DNA of 64,000 nt from Thiohalomonadales bacterium (GTDB taxonomy: Bacteria > Pseudomonadota > Gammaproteobacteria > RBG-16-57-12), in the NCBI GenBank assembly GCA_050295955.1, contig JBNKQQ010000024.1, positions 13,225 to 77,224 on the forward strand, in the 5' to 3' direction. Both the position numbers and the translations under genes were made by a program. This document shows positions 1 through 11,132 of the stretch, one piece after another (positions within the stretch are counted from its first letter, which is position 1; every line of letters begins with the position of its first letter). A model generated the notes under the pieces. The model searched no databases and had not been told where the DNA came from. It saw nothing but the letters and a program-made list of their open reading frames with translations.

Positions 1-26
1 TAGAAAAATTTACGGTTGTACTCCCA

Positions 27-662
27 ATGAATGCACAAAAACGTTACGAAATCTTTTCACGCTTGCGCGCTGATAACCCTAAACCCGTTACCGAGCTGAA
101 CTACTCTACGCCTTTTGAGCTATTGATTGCTGTCATTTTATCGGCCCAAGCCACGGATAAAGGGGTCAATAAAGCAACCATCAAACTTTTTCCCATTGCC
201 AATACTCCCCAGGCAATTTATGACTTAGGAGAAGAGGGACTCAAGGCGTACATCAAGACCATCGGCCTCTATAATAGTAAAGGGGCTAATATCATCAAGG
301 CATGTCGCATGCTACTTGATCGGCACAACGGCGAAGTTCCTGAGGATCGAGCGGCACTGGAAGCACTCCCCGGTGTTGGTCGAAAAACCGCTAATGTCGT
401 ACTCAATACCGCCTTTGGGCATCCGACCATGGCGGTAGACACTCATATATTTCGTGTGGCCAACCGTACCAAAATCGCGCCAGGAAAAAATGTATTGGAG
501 GTAGAAAAGAAACTGATGAAGTTTGTTCCTAAAGAGTTTCTAGTGGATGCTCACCACTGGTTGATCCTTCATGGGCGCTATACCTGTATTGCCCGCAAAC
601 CGCGCTGCGGCTCCTGCATTATTGAGGATCTATGTGAATACAAAGAGAAGACTGAGGGCTAG
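27..662 (+). CDS. nth: Endonuclease III (DNA glycosylase/AP lyase)
   Basis: HhH motif LPGVGRKTANV, VDTH, and C-terminal 4Fe-4S motif CIARKPRCGSCIIEDLC. Confidence 0.98.
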   Translation: MNAQKRYEIFSRLRADNPKPVTELNYSTPFELLIAVILSAQATDKGVNKATIKLFPIANTPQAIYDLGEEGLKAYIKTIGLYNSKGANIIKACRMLLDRHNGEVPEDRAALEALPGVGRKTANVVLNTAFGHPTMAVDTHIFRVANRTKIAPGKNVLEVEKKLMKFVPKEFLVDAHHWLILHGRYTCIARKPRCGSCIIEDLCEYKEKTEG

Positions 663-664
663 GC

Positions 665-1096
665 ATGTTTTTCAATCAGGACCGAAATCAGTTGCGTCAG
701 GGCTTCTTTGATGCTTGGCAAAAACAGCAACAACGCCAGCCACTCACCCCGCTAGAGGAGATGATCACAGGTGTGATCAAGATGCATCCAGAATACCACA
801 AGCTCTTAGAAAGCTCCCAAGCCATGGAGCAGGAGTTTCCCCCTGAGCTGGGTGCCACCAACCCTTTCCTGCATATGGGTATGCATATTGCCTTACATGA
901 ACAGATCTCTACCGACCGCCCCAATGGGATTCGTGATGTAGCCCGCCAGCTATTAGCTAAACACAAAGAGGCTCATGAAGTGGAACATATGATGATGGAG
1001 CAACTGGGAGAGGAGATGTGGCGCTCCCAGCGCTACAATGTGCTACCCGATGAGCTGCGTTATCTCCAGCAGCTCAGAGAACTACTGGAGAAATAG
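665..1096 (+). CDS. DUF1841 family protein
   Basis: Motifs MHPEYH and NPFLHMGMHIALHEQISTDRP; 2 nt downstream of nth. Confidence 0.85.
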   Translation: MFFNQDRNQLRQGFFDAWQKQQQRQPLTPLEEMITGVIKMHPEYHKLLESSQAMEQEFPPELGATNPFLHMGMHIALHEQISTDRPNGIRDVARQLLAKHKEAHEVEHMMMEQLGEEMWRSQRYNVLPDELRYLQQLRELLEK

Positions 1097-1098
1097 GC

Positions 1099-1485
1099 TT
1101 AACCCCGTTTGCCAATAAGCTCAATCTGATAACCATCAGGATCCTCAACAAAGGCGATAATCGTAGTTCCTGCATTCATTGGCCCGGCATCGCGAATAAT
1201 CTTACCTCCACGACGGCGGATCTCATCGCAAGCTAGGTAAACATCATCCACCTCAATGGCCAGATGCCCAAAGCCGCTACCGATTTCATAGCTCTCCACG
1301 CCCCAATTATAGGTAAGCTCCAGCACGGTATTTTCAGCCTCATCACCGTAACCGAGAAAGGCCAGCGTAAATTCACCATCTGGGTATGCCTGCTGGCGCA
1401 ACAAGTTCATCCCTAACACCTCTGTATAAAACTGTATTGATCTCTCCAGATTGCCGCAACGCAGCATGGTGTGAAGTAGACGCAT
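1099..1485 (-). CDS. gloA: Lactoylglutathione lyase (glyoxalase I)
   Basis: [36 protein letters not shown]. Confidence 0.97.
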   Translation of the reverse strand: MRLLHTMLRCGNLERSIQFYTEVLGMNLLRQQAYPDGEFTLAFLGYGDEAENTVLELTYNWGVESYEIGSGFGHLAIEVDDVYLACDEIRRRGGKIIRDAGPMNAGTTIIAFVEDPDGYQIELIGKRG

Positions 1486-1498
1486 TTTTTTCTCCTAT

Positions 1499-2533
1499 CT
1501 ATTCCAAAATTGCAGCGGGAATCTCATTCAGTGACAACACTCGCTCCACCCCGCCCTGTTTAACCGCCTCTTTCGGCATACCGTAAACCACACAGCTCGC
1601 TTCATCCTGGGCAATCGTCATCGATCCAGCCTGCTGCATCGCTTTTAGCCCTACAGCACCATCCCCTCCCATCCCAGTCATAATGATCCCCAACGCATCG
1701 CGGCCTGCATGCTTCGCCACCGAACTGAATAATACATCGACTGATGGGCGATGGTGGCTCACCCTACCCCCATCAATAACCTCCACTGCATAGCTCATGC
1801 CTTTGCGGATTAAGCGCATATGTCGATCCCCGGGCGCAATCAATACCCGTCCTGGCTTAACCTGGTCTCCATCACTTGCCTCTTTCACCTCCATGCGACA
1901 CAAGCTATCTAAGCGTCTGGCGAATTGTCCAGTGAACTGCTGGGGCATATGCTGTACCACCAAGATACAAGGAGCACTAGCGGGCAAGCTAACCAATACC
2001 GCTTCTAACGTCTGTGGACCACCGGTGGATATACCAATTGCGACTAACTTATATGATCCCTTACGGGTTTTAGAAGAATGAATCGGCTGGGTATTGAATC
2101 GTGCAGCAGCATTAGAATACTTAATTGGCGGTGCCAGGCGGCGGGATCTCATCCTCACTTTTTTCAATAATTCGTTTGAGCTATCCTGCAGATACTCTTT
2201 AATGGCTAGCTTCGGGCGATTCACAATCTCGACGGCCCCCATCTTCAGCGCTCTATTGGCCACCTCCCTGTGACTCTCATCTTGAATCACCCCTAATACC
2301 ACGGTATTAGGCCGTTCCGTTAGAATCGTTTTGAGAAACGCCAGTCCATCAAAACCAGGAATTGCCAAGTCCAATACGATGAGATCTGGCCACTGCCTTG
2401 CCATCATCTCCATGGCTACCGTCAACTCTTTAGTGGCTCCCACCACCTCCATACTTTCTTCCTGTAAAATTTTGCTTAGCACTTGGCGAACCACTGCTGA
2501 GCCATCAATTATCATCACCTTAATGGCAAACAC
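1499..2533 (-). CDS. cheB: Chemotaxis methylesterase CheB, second copy, with a degenerate receiver domain
   Basis: Catalytic motifs GISTGG, VQHMP, TGMGGDG; receiver has DG for DD and RP for KP. Confidence 0.92.
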   Translation of the reverse strand: MFAIKVMIIDGSAVVRQVLSKILQEESMEVVGATKELTVAMEMMARQWPDLIVLDLAIPGFDGLAFLKTILTERPNTVVLGVIQDESHREVANRALKMGAVEIVNRPKLAIKEYLQDSSNELLKKVRMRSRRLAPPIKYSNAAARFNTQPIHSSKTRKGSYKLVAIGISTGGPQTLEAVLVSLPASAPCILVVQHMPQQFTGQFARRLDSLCRMEVKEASDGDQVKPGRVLIAPGDRHMRLIRKGMSYAVEVIDGGRVSHHRPSVDVLFSSVAKHAGRDALGIIMTGMGGDGAVGLKAMQQAGSMTIAQDEASCVVYGMPKEAVKQGGVERVLSLNEIPAAILE

Positions 2534-2592
2534 ACTATCCTCACATCATCATGTCGCTCATCAGCTATCGCTAATCTATTGGATATCGGGAT

Positions 2593-3093
2593 TTACTTCC
2601 CGTCTTTTTCAACGAAGGCCCCCATCCTAACCTGGACCTCACCACTGGCTATGTCAAAGATGACATTACGACTACCAATACCACCAACATGTTCACGAAT
2701 ACAGTTTAAATGATACTGTTTTATTAACTCCCTCCCCTTATGGATATTCTGAACGCCAACGTGATGACTATCTGGCGGAACAATATCAGGGAACATACAC
2801 CCACCACCATACATGCCCACCAGATACTCCTCTAATCGAGTTTGTCGCTGTAAGGCTGCTTTGAGGAGCAATTGCATTGCCTCATCAGCAAAACGCCCAT
2901 CCAACGCTCCATCACGTTGGCGCTGGCGAGATGGCATGGCAAAGTGGCACATCCCTCCGACATAGCGCTGGGGGTGCCAAAAGGTGAAAGAGACACAAGA
3001 ACCAAGCACGGTTTTCAATCGGACATCACGCTCTGCGAAGCGAACTCCGCCAATGTCGACAAATAACTCACGAGGTGACTGATCACTATCCAC
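2593..3093 (-). CDS. cheD: Chemoreceptor glutamine deamidase CheD, second copy
   Basis: [26 protein letters not shown]; GTG start with GGAGG RBS. Confidence 0.9.
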   Translation of the reverse strand: MDSDQSPRELFVDIGGVRFAERDVRLKTVLGSCVSFTFWHPQRYVGGMCHFAMPSRQRQRDGALDGRFADEAMQLLLKAALQRQTRLEEYLVGMYGGGCMFPDIVPPDSHHVGVQNIHKGRELIKQYHLNCIREHVGGIGSRNVIFDIASGEVQVRMGAFVEKDGK

Positions 3094-3254
3094 CGAACCT
3101 CCATAAAAAGCCCCATTATCAATCAGGATAACTGCTGAAGAAGTTCCTTAACTATAGGCCAGGGTTGCCTCACTGGATAGCGATCAACGAGAAATAACGC
3201 AAATAAACGAGGGAATTTTCGGCATAATACATCCAAATAATCTTAGCGAATGAT

Positions 3255-4313
3255 CTATTCCATTATTGCTGCCGGAATAGAGGAGAGTGGAATGACCCGG
3301 TCTGCAGCGCCCAATTTAACAGCCTCTTTAGGCATACCGTAAACCACACAGCTGGCCTCATCTTGAGCAATCGTAGAGGCTCCGGCCTGCTTCATCTCCA
3401 ACAGCCCCCGGGCACCATCATCCCCCATCCCCGTCATGATAATGCCCAAGGCATTTTTTCCAGCAAACTTGGCAACTGAACGAAACAATACATCCACCGA
3501 AGGACGATGGCGACTGACAGGAGGGCCATCAATAATATCTACATGATACTGTGCACCGTTGCGCTTCAAGAGCATGTGACGTCCTCCTGGCGCAATTAAT
3601 ACTCGCCCCGGTAATACTCGGTCACCATGGCGCGCCTCTCGCACCTCGACCTGACACAATCCATCCAAACGCTTGGCAAACTGCTCAGTGAATTTTTCTG
3701 GCATATGTTGAACTACCACAATACCTGGGGACACCCGTGGCAGTGCCGTCAATACCGCCTCCAGGGCTTGGGTTCCGCCGGTTGAGGTACCCATGGCTAC
3801 CACAGTCTCAGTAGTTTGTGCCATGGCACCCGTCGATGCAGGCAATATGGCATCTGCGGTTAGCTTTTTCGGAGGCGTAAACTTAGTCGGCGTCGGGGTA
3901 ATGAGCCGCTTCACATTGGCCACTGCGGCCGCTTTGACCGTTGATATCAGATCATTGGAGGCATCCTGAAGGTAGTTTTTCAAGCCCGCCTTGGGTTTGG
4001 TGATAATACTCACTGCCCCGGCCGCGAGAGCTTGCATCGTAGTCTCAGCGCCTTTCTCAGTCAGCGTTGAGCAAATCACGACCGGCGTAGGACGTTCAGC
4101 CATAATTTTCTTGAGAAAGGTGATGCCATCCATGCGTGGCATCTCCACATCCAGTACCACCACATCAGGCCACTGCTTTGCCATTTTATCCATGGCAAAG
4201 ATGGGGTCCGCCGCCACACCAATCACTTCGATTCCCGCCTGTTGCAAGGCACCGGTGAGTACCTGACGCACTACCGCGGAATCATCCACAATCATCACTT
4301 TGATGGCAGCCAT
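3255..4313 (-). CDS. cheB: Chemotaxis response regulator methylesterase CheB
   Basis: Canonical receiver (VDDS, LDVEMP, ST, KP) plus GTSTGG/QHMP/GMGDDG catalytic motifs. Confidence 0.97.
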   Translation of the reverse strand: MAAIKVMIVDDSAVVRQVLTGALQQAGIEVIGVAADPIFAMDKMAKQWPDVVVLDVEMPRMDGITFLKKIMAERPTPVVICSTLTEKGAETTMQALAAGAVSIITKPKAGLKNYLQDASNDLISTVKAAAVANVKRLITPTPTKFTPPKKLTADAILPASTGAMAQTTETVVAMGTSTGGTQALEAVLTALPRVSPGIVVVQHMPEKFTEQFAKRLDGLCQVEVREARHGDRVLPGRVLIAPGGRHMLLKRNGAQYHVDIIDGPPVSRHRPSVDVLFRSVAKFAGKNALGIIMTGMGDDGARGLLEMKQAGASTIAQDEASCVVYGMPKEAVKLGAADRVIPLSSIPAAIME

Positions 4314-4888
4314 CCCTTTCTCCCCATTGTTATTAGCGTATTACCGACCACATTCTCTAATGGTGCTGTAGGCTCCAATTTCATTGGCGTGCTTTTAGGT
4401 GAACCCACTGTTGCACCACCACTTTGACGCACCCGACCATCCCATGCATCAAAGACCAGTTTGCGGTAACCATTTCCCCCGATGTGCTCTGAAACACAAT
4501 TCAGCTGATACTGCTGCACTAACTGTCGTGCCGCCTCGATATTTTGTATGCCAATGTGGCGCTTCTCACTAGCACCGCTAGATGGAAACATATTTCCACC
4601 ACCAAAAATTTTGACTCGATATTGATCCGGTGTCGTGTGGAACCGTTTCATCTCTTGCAGGGCTAATTGCATTGCTTCATCAGCGTAACGCCCATCCAAT
4701 TTATCGAGAGGCTTCCCTCTACGAGTGGGTAGCATAAAGTGGCACATTCCCCCCACGCGTCGTTGCGGATGCCAAAATAACAGCGATACACAAGAGCCAA
4801 GTACGGTACGGATACGACTGGTATAGTCACCAAAGTAGATCTCTCCCGGATGTAGAAATATCTCCTTAATTTTGCCATTGCTATGCAT
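4295..4888 (-). CDS. cheD: Chemoreceptor glutamine deamidase CheD
   Basis: [30 protein letters not shown]. Start moved from the ORF-track 4942 to ATG 4888 (MHSNGK), which overlaps the cheR stop. Confidence 0.92.
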   Translation of the reverse strand: MHSNGKIKEIFLHPGEIYFGDYTSRIRTVLGSCVSLLFWHPQRRVGGMCHFMLPTRRGKPLDKLDGRYADEAMQLALQEMKRFHTTPDQYRVKIFGGGNMFPSSGASEKRHIGIQNIEAARQLVQQYQLNCVSEHIGGNGYRKLVFDAWDGRVRQSGGATVGSPKSTPMKLEPTAPLENVVGNTLITMGRKGWLPSK

Positions 4889-5690
4889 AAGGTTTTCTAT
4901 AAATAGAAGGCGATACAACATCAAGGTCATCATTGACCCCATTCAGGCTCTCTGAATGACTAACAATGAAATAACCGCCAGGGCGCAACCGCGGAATGAG
5001 TCGCTTAACGACCTCACGTTTAGTATCCATGCTGAAATAGATCATCACGTTACGCAGGAAAATGACATCAAACTCACCCAACTGAGGTAGTCTTTCATTA
5101 AGATTAACGCTCAGGAATTTCACCTGTTGACGCAACGGACGGTCAATCAGCAAAGTCCCTTCGTGCTCACCGACCCCCTTAAGACAAAAGCGGCGCAGAT
5201 ACTCCTGGGAAATCCCCTTAGCCCGGGAAAGGGGGTAGTGACCAGCACGGGCCTTGGCTAACACTCGACTGCTGATATCAGAGCCAACCACCTCCCAGGG
5301 GTGTTCTTCCAACACATCTGCCAATACCATCGCCAAGGTGTAGACCTCTTCACCGGAAGAGCAGGCGGCACTCCAGATACGGAAAGGGACACCCGTCCGT
5401 CTCTGGGGCAATATCTGCTCACGTAAAAACTCAAAGTGCTTCGGCTCGCGGAAGAAGTAAGTCTCATTGGTGGTCAACAAGTCCACCGCCATCTGCAACT
5501 CTTGTTGCCCCTTCTCTTGCAGCAGCGAAAAATAGTCACCATAGTTATCAAAACCATAGTGGCTTAGGCGCTTGGCAAGTCGACCACTCACCAGCGCCTT
5601 TTTCGCCTCAGACATCGTAATGCCCGCAATATCGTAGATTAACGTCCTGAACTGGCTGAACTCCTCATCGCTTATTTTTATCACCGCCAT
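4881..5690 (-). CDS. cheR: Chemotaxis methyltransferase CheR
   Basis: TTNETYFFREP, WSAACSSGEE, FDVIFLRNVMIYF. Confidence 0.97.
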   Translation of the reverse strand: MAVIKISDEEFSQFRTLIYDIAGITMSEAKKALVSGRLAKRLSHYGFDNYGDYFSLLQEKGQQELQMAVDLLTTNETYFFREPKHFEFLREQILPQRRTGVPFRIWSAACSSGEEVYTLAMVLADVLEEHPWEVVGSDISSRVLAKARAGHYPLSRAKGISQEYLRRFCLKGVGEHEGTLLIDRPLRQQVKFLSVNLNERLPQLGEFDVIFLRNVMIYFSMDTKREVVKRLIPRLRPGGYFIVSHSESLNGVNDDLDVVSPSIYRKPYA

Positions 5691-5702
5691 GTTCGTAATC
5701 CA

Positions 5703-6245
5703 CTATGCCTCGCTTGGCTCACCAAGCTCGGTCACCATTGCCAGCTCCTCAACCGATAACACCTTGTCCACATCCAGGATAATGACAAAATTACCATTCA
5801 CCTTCCCCATACCGGCGATAAAGTCGGCACGGATCTTAGCGCCAAAGGCAGGGGCGGGTTCGATTTCACTATCGGGAATCTCCAACACCTCTGAGACAGC
5901 ATCCACCACCACACCCACATCCTGTCGGGTTCCCTCACTGAGAACCTCAATGATGACGATACAGGTACGTTTGGTAATCTCGCTCTGAGTGCCGCCAAAG
6001 CGAGCACTCAGATCTACCACCGGTACCACTGCCCCACGTAAGTTGATCACTCCGCGGATAAATTCCGGCATCATCGGTACCGTGGTCAGTTGGCCATACT
6101 CCAAAATCTCTTTGATGCTTAAGATGCCTATAGCAAACATCTCTTTTCGCAGCTGGAAGGTGAGATACTGGCAATCCTCCCCCGAATTCCCCTGCCCATG
6201 GGAATCCGGCTGCTGCTCGACTTTCACTTTTTCTGATGCACTCAT
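5703..6245 (-). CDS. cheW: Chemotaxis coupling protein CheW
   Basis: GVINLRGAVVPVVDL, GVVVDAVSEV. Confidence 0.97.
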   Translation of the reverse strand: MSASEKVKVEQQPDSHGQGNSGEDCQYLTFQLRKEMFAIGILSIKEILEYGQLTTVPMMPEFIRGVINLRGAVVPVVDLSARFGGTQSEITKRTCIVIIEVLSEGTRQDVGVVVDAVSEVLEIPDSEIEPAPAFGAKIRADFIAGMGKVNGNFVIILDVDKVLSVEELAMVTELGEPSEA

Positions 6246-6254
6246 AACAGCCTC

Positions 6255-8195
6255 CTAAAAGCGGACAAACGAGGCGTCATCAACATCCACGTTTTCAGCT
6301 TGTGACTTAGGCTTACTGGCAGGCTTTGGTGCCGCCGCAGCGGGTGCACTAGGAGGGGTGGGTGTGGAACCACTCTCTACCTTGAAGAAGCTCATTAGCT
6401 GCTGCAGCTGCTCCGCCTGACCACTCATCTCTTCAGCGGTTGCTGCCAGCTCTTCTGAAGAGGAGGCACTCTGCTGAGTGATGCTGTTAAGTTGCTCCAT
6501 TGCAGTATTAATCTGCTTAGCACCGGATGACTGCTCTTCAGAAGCCGCGGTAATCTCCTGCACCAAATCTGAAGTTTTCTTGATAGAGGGAACAATCTCA
6601 TCCAACAGCTTACCTGCCTTCTCAGCCAAGCCCACACTATCCTGAGCCACCTCTCCAATCTCCTGAGCGGCGACCTGGCTGCGCTCCGCCAGTTTACGCA
6701 CCTCTGCCGCTACCACTGCGAAGCCTTTACCATGCTCACCGGCGCGGGCTGCCTCAATGGCCGCGTTCAGTGCCAACAGGTTGGTTTGGTAGGCAATGTC
6801 GTCGATGATACCGATCTTCTCGGCGATAGACTTCATCGCACTCACGGTTTCGCGAACCGCCTGGCCGCCTTCATCTGCTTCAGTAGAAGCCTTAGAGGCG
6901 ATGCCATCAGTTACCTTGGCATTCTCCGTATTTTGGTTGATGGAGGTAGACATCTGCTCAACAGAAGAGGAGGTTTCTTCCACACTGGCCGCCTGCTCAC
7001 TGGAGCCCTGGCTGATGCTTTGCGCTGTTGCAGAGACCTCTTCCGATGCTGAAGAGAGCATAGTCGCAGAAGCACGTACTTCACCAATCACCTGGGAAAG
7101 CTTAGCCACCATATTCTGCATAGCCTGTAACAGCAGGCCAGTTTCATCTTTACTGTCGACGACGATCTTAGCGGTCAAATCCCCATCTGCCAGTTGATTT
7201 GCCACCTCAACCGCTTCACGAATCGGATTGGTAATGGCACGAGTGATGATATACGCCATGACGACACCCAATACCACTGCAATCAAGCTCATCACCATCA
7301 CGAAGATCTTAGACTCATCATTAGAGGCTTGCAGCCTTGGGCCCAACTCATCCTGCTGGTCTTTGATCTCCAGTTTGAGATCTTCTGCTACCTGAGCAAA
7401 TTTCTGACCGGTAGGATCCAGCTTCTCAGCTTTTAATTTATTACGGGTATTAATGCTTTTCACTACATCATTGAAAGCCGTAATATATCTATTCTGAAGA
7501 CCCATAATCTCCTTCAGGCTGGCACGGCGCTCAGGGTTCTTTAGCTGATGATCAAGGCCTGTCAGGCGCTCTTGGAACTCCCGATACTCGCCACGTACCC
7601 GCTCAGCCTCCTCAGTGGTATTGCCTACCAGATATTTCACCACATAAAGGCGGGCCAGCAGTAACGCACGCATCGCCTGGGCCGACTCAAACGCCGCTTC
7701 GGTATCATCATCACGACGCGCACTGACCATAATATCAGTCAGCAGTTTCTCCATCTGTGGCCCCACTTTATCCAGCGTATTTCCCACCAAATCATGACGG
7801 GTGTGAATCAGCTCGACGATCTCAGCAAACACCTCATCATAGTGGACATGTAGCTCCTCCATTTGATCAAACACCTCACGCTGATGATCACTGATCGCTT
7901 TCTCTTTAGCCTCTTTGATTAAACTAGAGAGGGCAGAAGAGCGCTCTTGTTGAGTCTTCAACTGCTTCTCATCAGAGGTATTGTAATAGGCCAAGGCAGA
8001 CAGCCGCATCGTCAGCATATTGGCCTGCACCCGCCCCGAGTTGTTGGTATTGAGCGCCAAACCTCGGTATTCACCAAAACCTTCGGCTGCGGTATTCAAT
8101 GCGTTGAAAGAGATAATGGCAACAATGCCTAATAGCACCATGATGGCACCGAACCCCAGGCCCATGCGCATCCCGATTTTCAGATTTTTAAACAT
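6255..8195 (-). CDS. Methyl-accepting chemotaxis protein (2 TM, large helical periplasmic sensor, HAMP, C-terminal pentapeptide)
   Basis: [30 protein letters not shown] hairpin tip; HAMP DETGLL; Pro/Ala linker ending in SFVRF (xFxxF CheR/CheB tether type). Confidence 0.96.
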   Translation of the reverse strand: MFKNLKIGMRMGLGFGAIMVLLGIVAIISFNALNTAAEGFGEYRGLALNTNNSGRVQANMLTMRLSALAYYNTSDEKQLKTQQERSSALSSLIKEAKEKAISDHQREVFDQMEELHVHYDEVFAEIVELIHTRHDLVGNTLDKVGPQMEKLLTDIMVSARRDDDTEAAFESAQAMRALLLARLYVVKYLVGNTTEEAERVRGEYREFQERLTGLDHQLKNPERRASLKEIMGLQNRYITAFNDVVKSINTRNKLKAEKLDPTGQKFAQVAEDLKLEIKDQQDELGPRLQASNDESKIFVMVMSLIAVVLGVVMAYIITRAITNPIREAVEVANQLADGDLTAKIVVDSKDETGLLLQAMQNMVAKLSQVIGEVRASATMLSSASEEVSATAQSISQGSSEQAASVEETSSSVEQMSTSINQNTENAKVTDGIASKASTEADEGGQAVRETVSAMKSIAEKIGIIDDIAYQTNLLALNAAIEAARAGEHGKGFAVVAAEVRKLAERSQVAAQEIGEVAQDSVGLAEKAGKLLDEIVPSIKKTSDLVQEITAASEEQSSGAKQINTAMEQLNSITQQSASSSEELAATAEEMSGQAEQLQQLMSFFKVESGSTPTPPSAPAAAAPKPASKPKSQAENVDVDDASFVRF

Positions 8196-8222
8196 CGGCG
8201 TGTCCTCACTACTAAATTTTAA

Positions 8223-10403
8223 TTAGGCCACTTTGTGAGTGGCGTGCGTTTCTTTGGATGAGACCTGTTGAACCAATCCTGGCACATCGAGGATTAGCGC
8301 TACCTCACCATTCCCAAGGATGGTGGATCCCCCTACGCCACGTACGTGACTGAAGATACGACCCAGCGGTTTGATGACAGTCTGGAATTCCCCCATCAAG
8401 CGGTCGACTACCAGCCCAGCCTTATGACCGGCATAGTTGACAACCACCACACTCTCCCGCCGGGGAGGATGGCCACCCACTTCAAACATATTGCGCAAGC
8501 GGATATAAGGCAGAACCTCGCCGCGCAGATTGATATAATCCCTACCCCCATTGGTCTCACAAGCGCCCGCATCCAGCTCAACGCACTCCAATACCATGTC
8601 CAGCGGCACCACAAAGGAACTCTCGCCCACGCCCACCAAGAAGCCATCGATGATCGCCAGAGTCAGTGGCATACGGATCCGGAACGTGGTCCCCTGCCCC
8701 TCCTGACAATCCACATCGATTGCTCCCCGCAACGCCGTGATGTTACGCTTGACTACATCCATGCCCACCCCTCGTCCAGAGAGGTTACTGACCTTATCAG
8801 CGGTAGAAAAACCGGGTTCAAAGATCAGGTTGTAGATCTCCTGTTCTTCCAATTGCTGCTCAGGATTGACCAGCCCTTTCTCAATGGCCTTATTAAGAAT
8901 TCTTTCGCTATTCAGGCCCCCTCCATCATCGGAAACCTCAATTACAATGCTGCCAGAGTCATGATAAGCATTGAGATGCACCTTACCCCGTGCAGATTTA
9001 CCTTTCGCCTCACGCTCTTCTGGTGGCTCAATGCCATGGTCGATAGAGTTGCGTACCAAATGCATCAAGGGATCACCAATCTTCTCCACCACGGTTTTGT
9101 CCAGTTCAGTCTCAGCACCAGTGATCACCAGATCGATCTCTTTATTCAACTCTTTGGAGACATCCCGTACCACCCTCTGGAAGCGGTTAAAAGTCGCACC
9201 AATCTGCACCATCCGAAGCCGTAATGCAGAATCCCGGACCTCTTCCACCAAGCGCGCTAAAGTAGAAACTGACTCCATCAACACACCATCACCACTGGCC
9301 ATGGCATTAATAGAAGCCCCCGCCCCGGCAATCACCATTTCGCCAATCAGGTTAATCAGGTGGTCTAGCTTGTCCGCATCCACCCGCACTGATTGCGACT
9401 CCTGAGAGAAGCCTTCGCGGGTTTTGGTTTGCTTTTCTACCGCCGCATCCACCACCTCTTGCGAGGCCATCCCCTGCTCTACGAGAATGTTGCCCAGGGG
9501 CTGACTTTCGGATTGTTCTTGTTGGGATTTTTGTAGTGCCAGCGCTTCATCCAACTCCTGTTGTGTCAGAGAGCCGCACTTCACCAGAATCTCACCCAGG
9601 TACATATCCTCTTCCGGCAACTCCTGAATCAATGTCAGGTATTCACCCAAGCGACTGCGGGGCGGTAAGATGCGCACTTGGCTATCTTCGCGAATGAATT
9701 CAAACACCCCTTCGATGGCCTCTTTGTCAGCATCACTCTTGAAGCTGATCTCGAAGCCCAGATAGCAGCTCTCAGGGTCCATCTTATCCACGTTAGGAAG
9801 GGCATCATCCAGAGTAGTAACAGAGGTCACCTCACCCAATGTGGCCAGGTAACGCAGGAAGGAGAGCGGGTCCATACCATCCCGCAGGGAATTCTCACCA
9901 AAGCGTAGGGAAATATGCCAGTTGTCCGTCACGGCCGCCTCGCCGGTGGCCGTTTCGTCCTCTTCAGCCGGTGATGCACCAGAAGCTGATTGCTCCGCTT
10001 CTACCGCCCCTTCAGCACCGGCCGCAATCAGCCGCTCACTCAGTTCTTTACCTTTGGCGGCAATCGCCGCCTCTAACTGCTCTCCCCCTAATTCAATCTG
10101 GTCGATCAGGTCACTGATGTGATCACGACAAGCCAGCAACAAGGCAACCAGATCTTCATCAATGGGTAATTCACCCGCTCGCAATCGATCCAACAACGTC
10201 TCCGCGCCATGGGTAAAGGCAACGATGTCATCCAAACCAAACAGTCCTGCCGAGCCCTTAATGGTGTGGGCGGCACGGAAGATGGCGTTGAGTAACTCAT
10301 CGCGGTCTTCAGTCTGCTCCAGTTGCAACAGTGCATCTTCCATCTCTTGCAACAGTTCGCGACCTTCCGCAATATAAGTTCGTAGTGCTGGATCTAGCTC
10401 CAT
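8223..10403 (-). CDS. cheA: Chemotaxis histidine kinase CheA
   Basis: Hpt FRAAHTIKG, HLVRNSIDHGIE, SGRGVGMDVV, C-terminal CheW domain; MshEN-like tandem repeat at residues ~268-325. Confidence 0.97.
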   Translation of the reverse strand: MELDPALRTYIAEGRELLQEMEDALLQLEQTEDRDELLNAIFRAAHTIKGSAGLFGLDDIVAFTHGAETLLDRLRAGELPIDEDLVALLLACRDHISDLIDQIELGGEQLEAAIAAKGKELSERLIAAGAEGAVEAEQSASGASPAEEDETATGEAAVTDNWHISLRFGENSLRDGMDPLSFLRYLATLGEVTSVTTLDDALPNVDKMDPESCYLGFEISFKSDADKEAIEGVFEFIREDSQVRILPPRSRLGEYLTLIQELPEEDMYLGEILVKCGSLTQQELDEALALQKSQQEQSESQPLGNILVEQGMASQEVVDAAVEKQTKTREGFSQESQSVRVDADKLDHLINLIGEMVIAGAGASINAMASGDGVLMESVSTLARLVEEVRDSALRLRMVQIGATFNRFQRVVRDVSKELNKEIDLVITGAETELDKTVVEKIGDPLMHLVRNSIDHGIEPPEEREAKGKSARGKVHLNAYHDSGSIVIEVSDDGGGLNSERILNKAIEKGLVNPEQQLEEQEIYNLIFEPGFSTADKVSNLSGRGVGMDVVKRNITALRGAIDVDCQEGQGTTFRIRMPLTLAIIDGFLVGVGESSFVVPLDMVLECVELDAGACETNGGRDYINLRGEVLPYIRLRNMFEVGGHPPRRESVVVVNYAGHKAGLVVDRLMGEFQTVIKPLGRIFSHVRGVGGSTILGNGEVALILDVPGLVQQVSSKETHATHKVA

Positions 10404-10419
10404 AACTCTCTCCTCGGAA

Positions 10420-10734
10420 TCACTCGTCAGCGCTTTGCGCAGATTCCCCGAAATAGCAGTTCAAGCCCATCGCTTCGAAGGCGTTATGCACATCGTCACT
10501 CAATGCCACAAGGTGGAGGCCATACTGCTTTGCCTGGCGACTCTTCTTTGCCAACATCAGTAACTGAATGCCGGCACTATCAATCTCGTTCACCTTGGCC
10601 AGATCAATCTCCAGCTCAAGGGGGTCTTCTATCGCCTCATCAAACTTTTCTTTCAGCTCGGCGGCGGTATAAATGGTCATCTCACCTTCGAAGGTGACAA
10701 GACGCTTATCTGGTAATACCTGGCACTCGTACAT
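10420..10734 (-). CDS. STAS domain (anti-anti-sigma-like) protein
   Basis: GEMTIYTA, IDLAKVNEIDSAGIQLL with the phosphorylatable Ser motif DSAG. Confidence 0.9.
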   Translation of the reverse strand: MYECQVLPDKRLVTFEGEMTIYTAAELKEKFDEAIEDPLELEIDLAKVNEIDSAGIQLLMLAKKSRQAKQYGLHLVALSDDVHNAFEAMGLNCYFGESAQSADE

Positions 10735-10749
10735 ATTCCACCCCGGCCG

Positions 10750-11118
10750 TTAAGGCATAATCAGTTTGGACACTGCCGCCAACATGGTTTGTGGCTGGAA
10801 CGGTTTCACTACCCACGCCTTGGCACCTGCAGCCTGACCTTCCGCTTTCTTGCCCTCCTGAGACTCGGTGGTCAACATAATCACCGGAGTAAATTTGTAG
10901 TTGGGCAGCTTTTTCAGCTCTTTGACGAAGGTGATGCCATCCATATTGGGCATGTTGACATCACTGATGACCAGATGGACTTTGGCACCGTTAAGCTTGC
11001 TCAAGGCGTCTTTACCGTCACACGCTTCTAGGGTTTCATAGCCCGCCCCTTTCAGGGCAATACTGACGACCTGACGCAATGATGCAGAATCGTCGACAAT
11101 CATGATGGTTTTACTCAT
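10750..11118 (-). CDS. cheY: Single-domain response regulator CheY
   Basis: VDDS, ISDVNMP, MLTTE, VKPF; lies within the che operon. Confidence 0.93.
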   Translation of the reverse strand: MSKTIMIVDDSASLRQVVSIALKGAGYETLEACDGKDALSKLNGAKVHLVISDVNMPNMDGITFVKELKKLPNYKFTPVIMLTTESQEGKKAEGQAAGAKAWVVKPFQPQTMLAAVSKLIMP

Positions 11119-11132
11119 ACACTCCTCCTGGG

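Noticed and set aside
8346-9224. 292-aa plus-strand ORF and the many other antisense or nested ORFs in the track (e.g. 19262-19816, 38943-39476, 57277-57837)
   Set aside because: Shadow frames of well-supported genes, with no recognisable motifs
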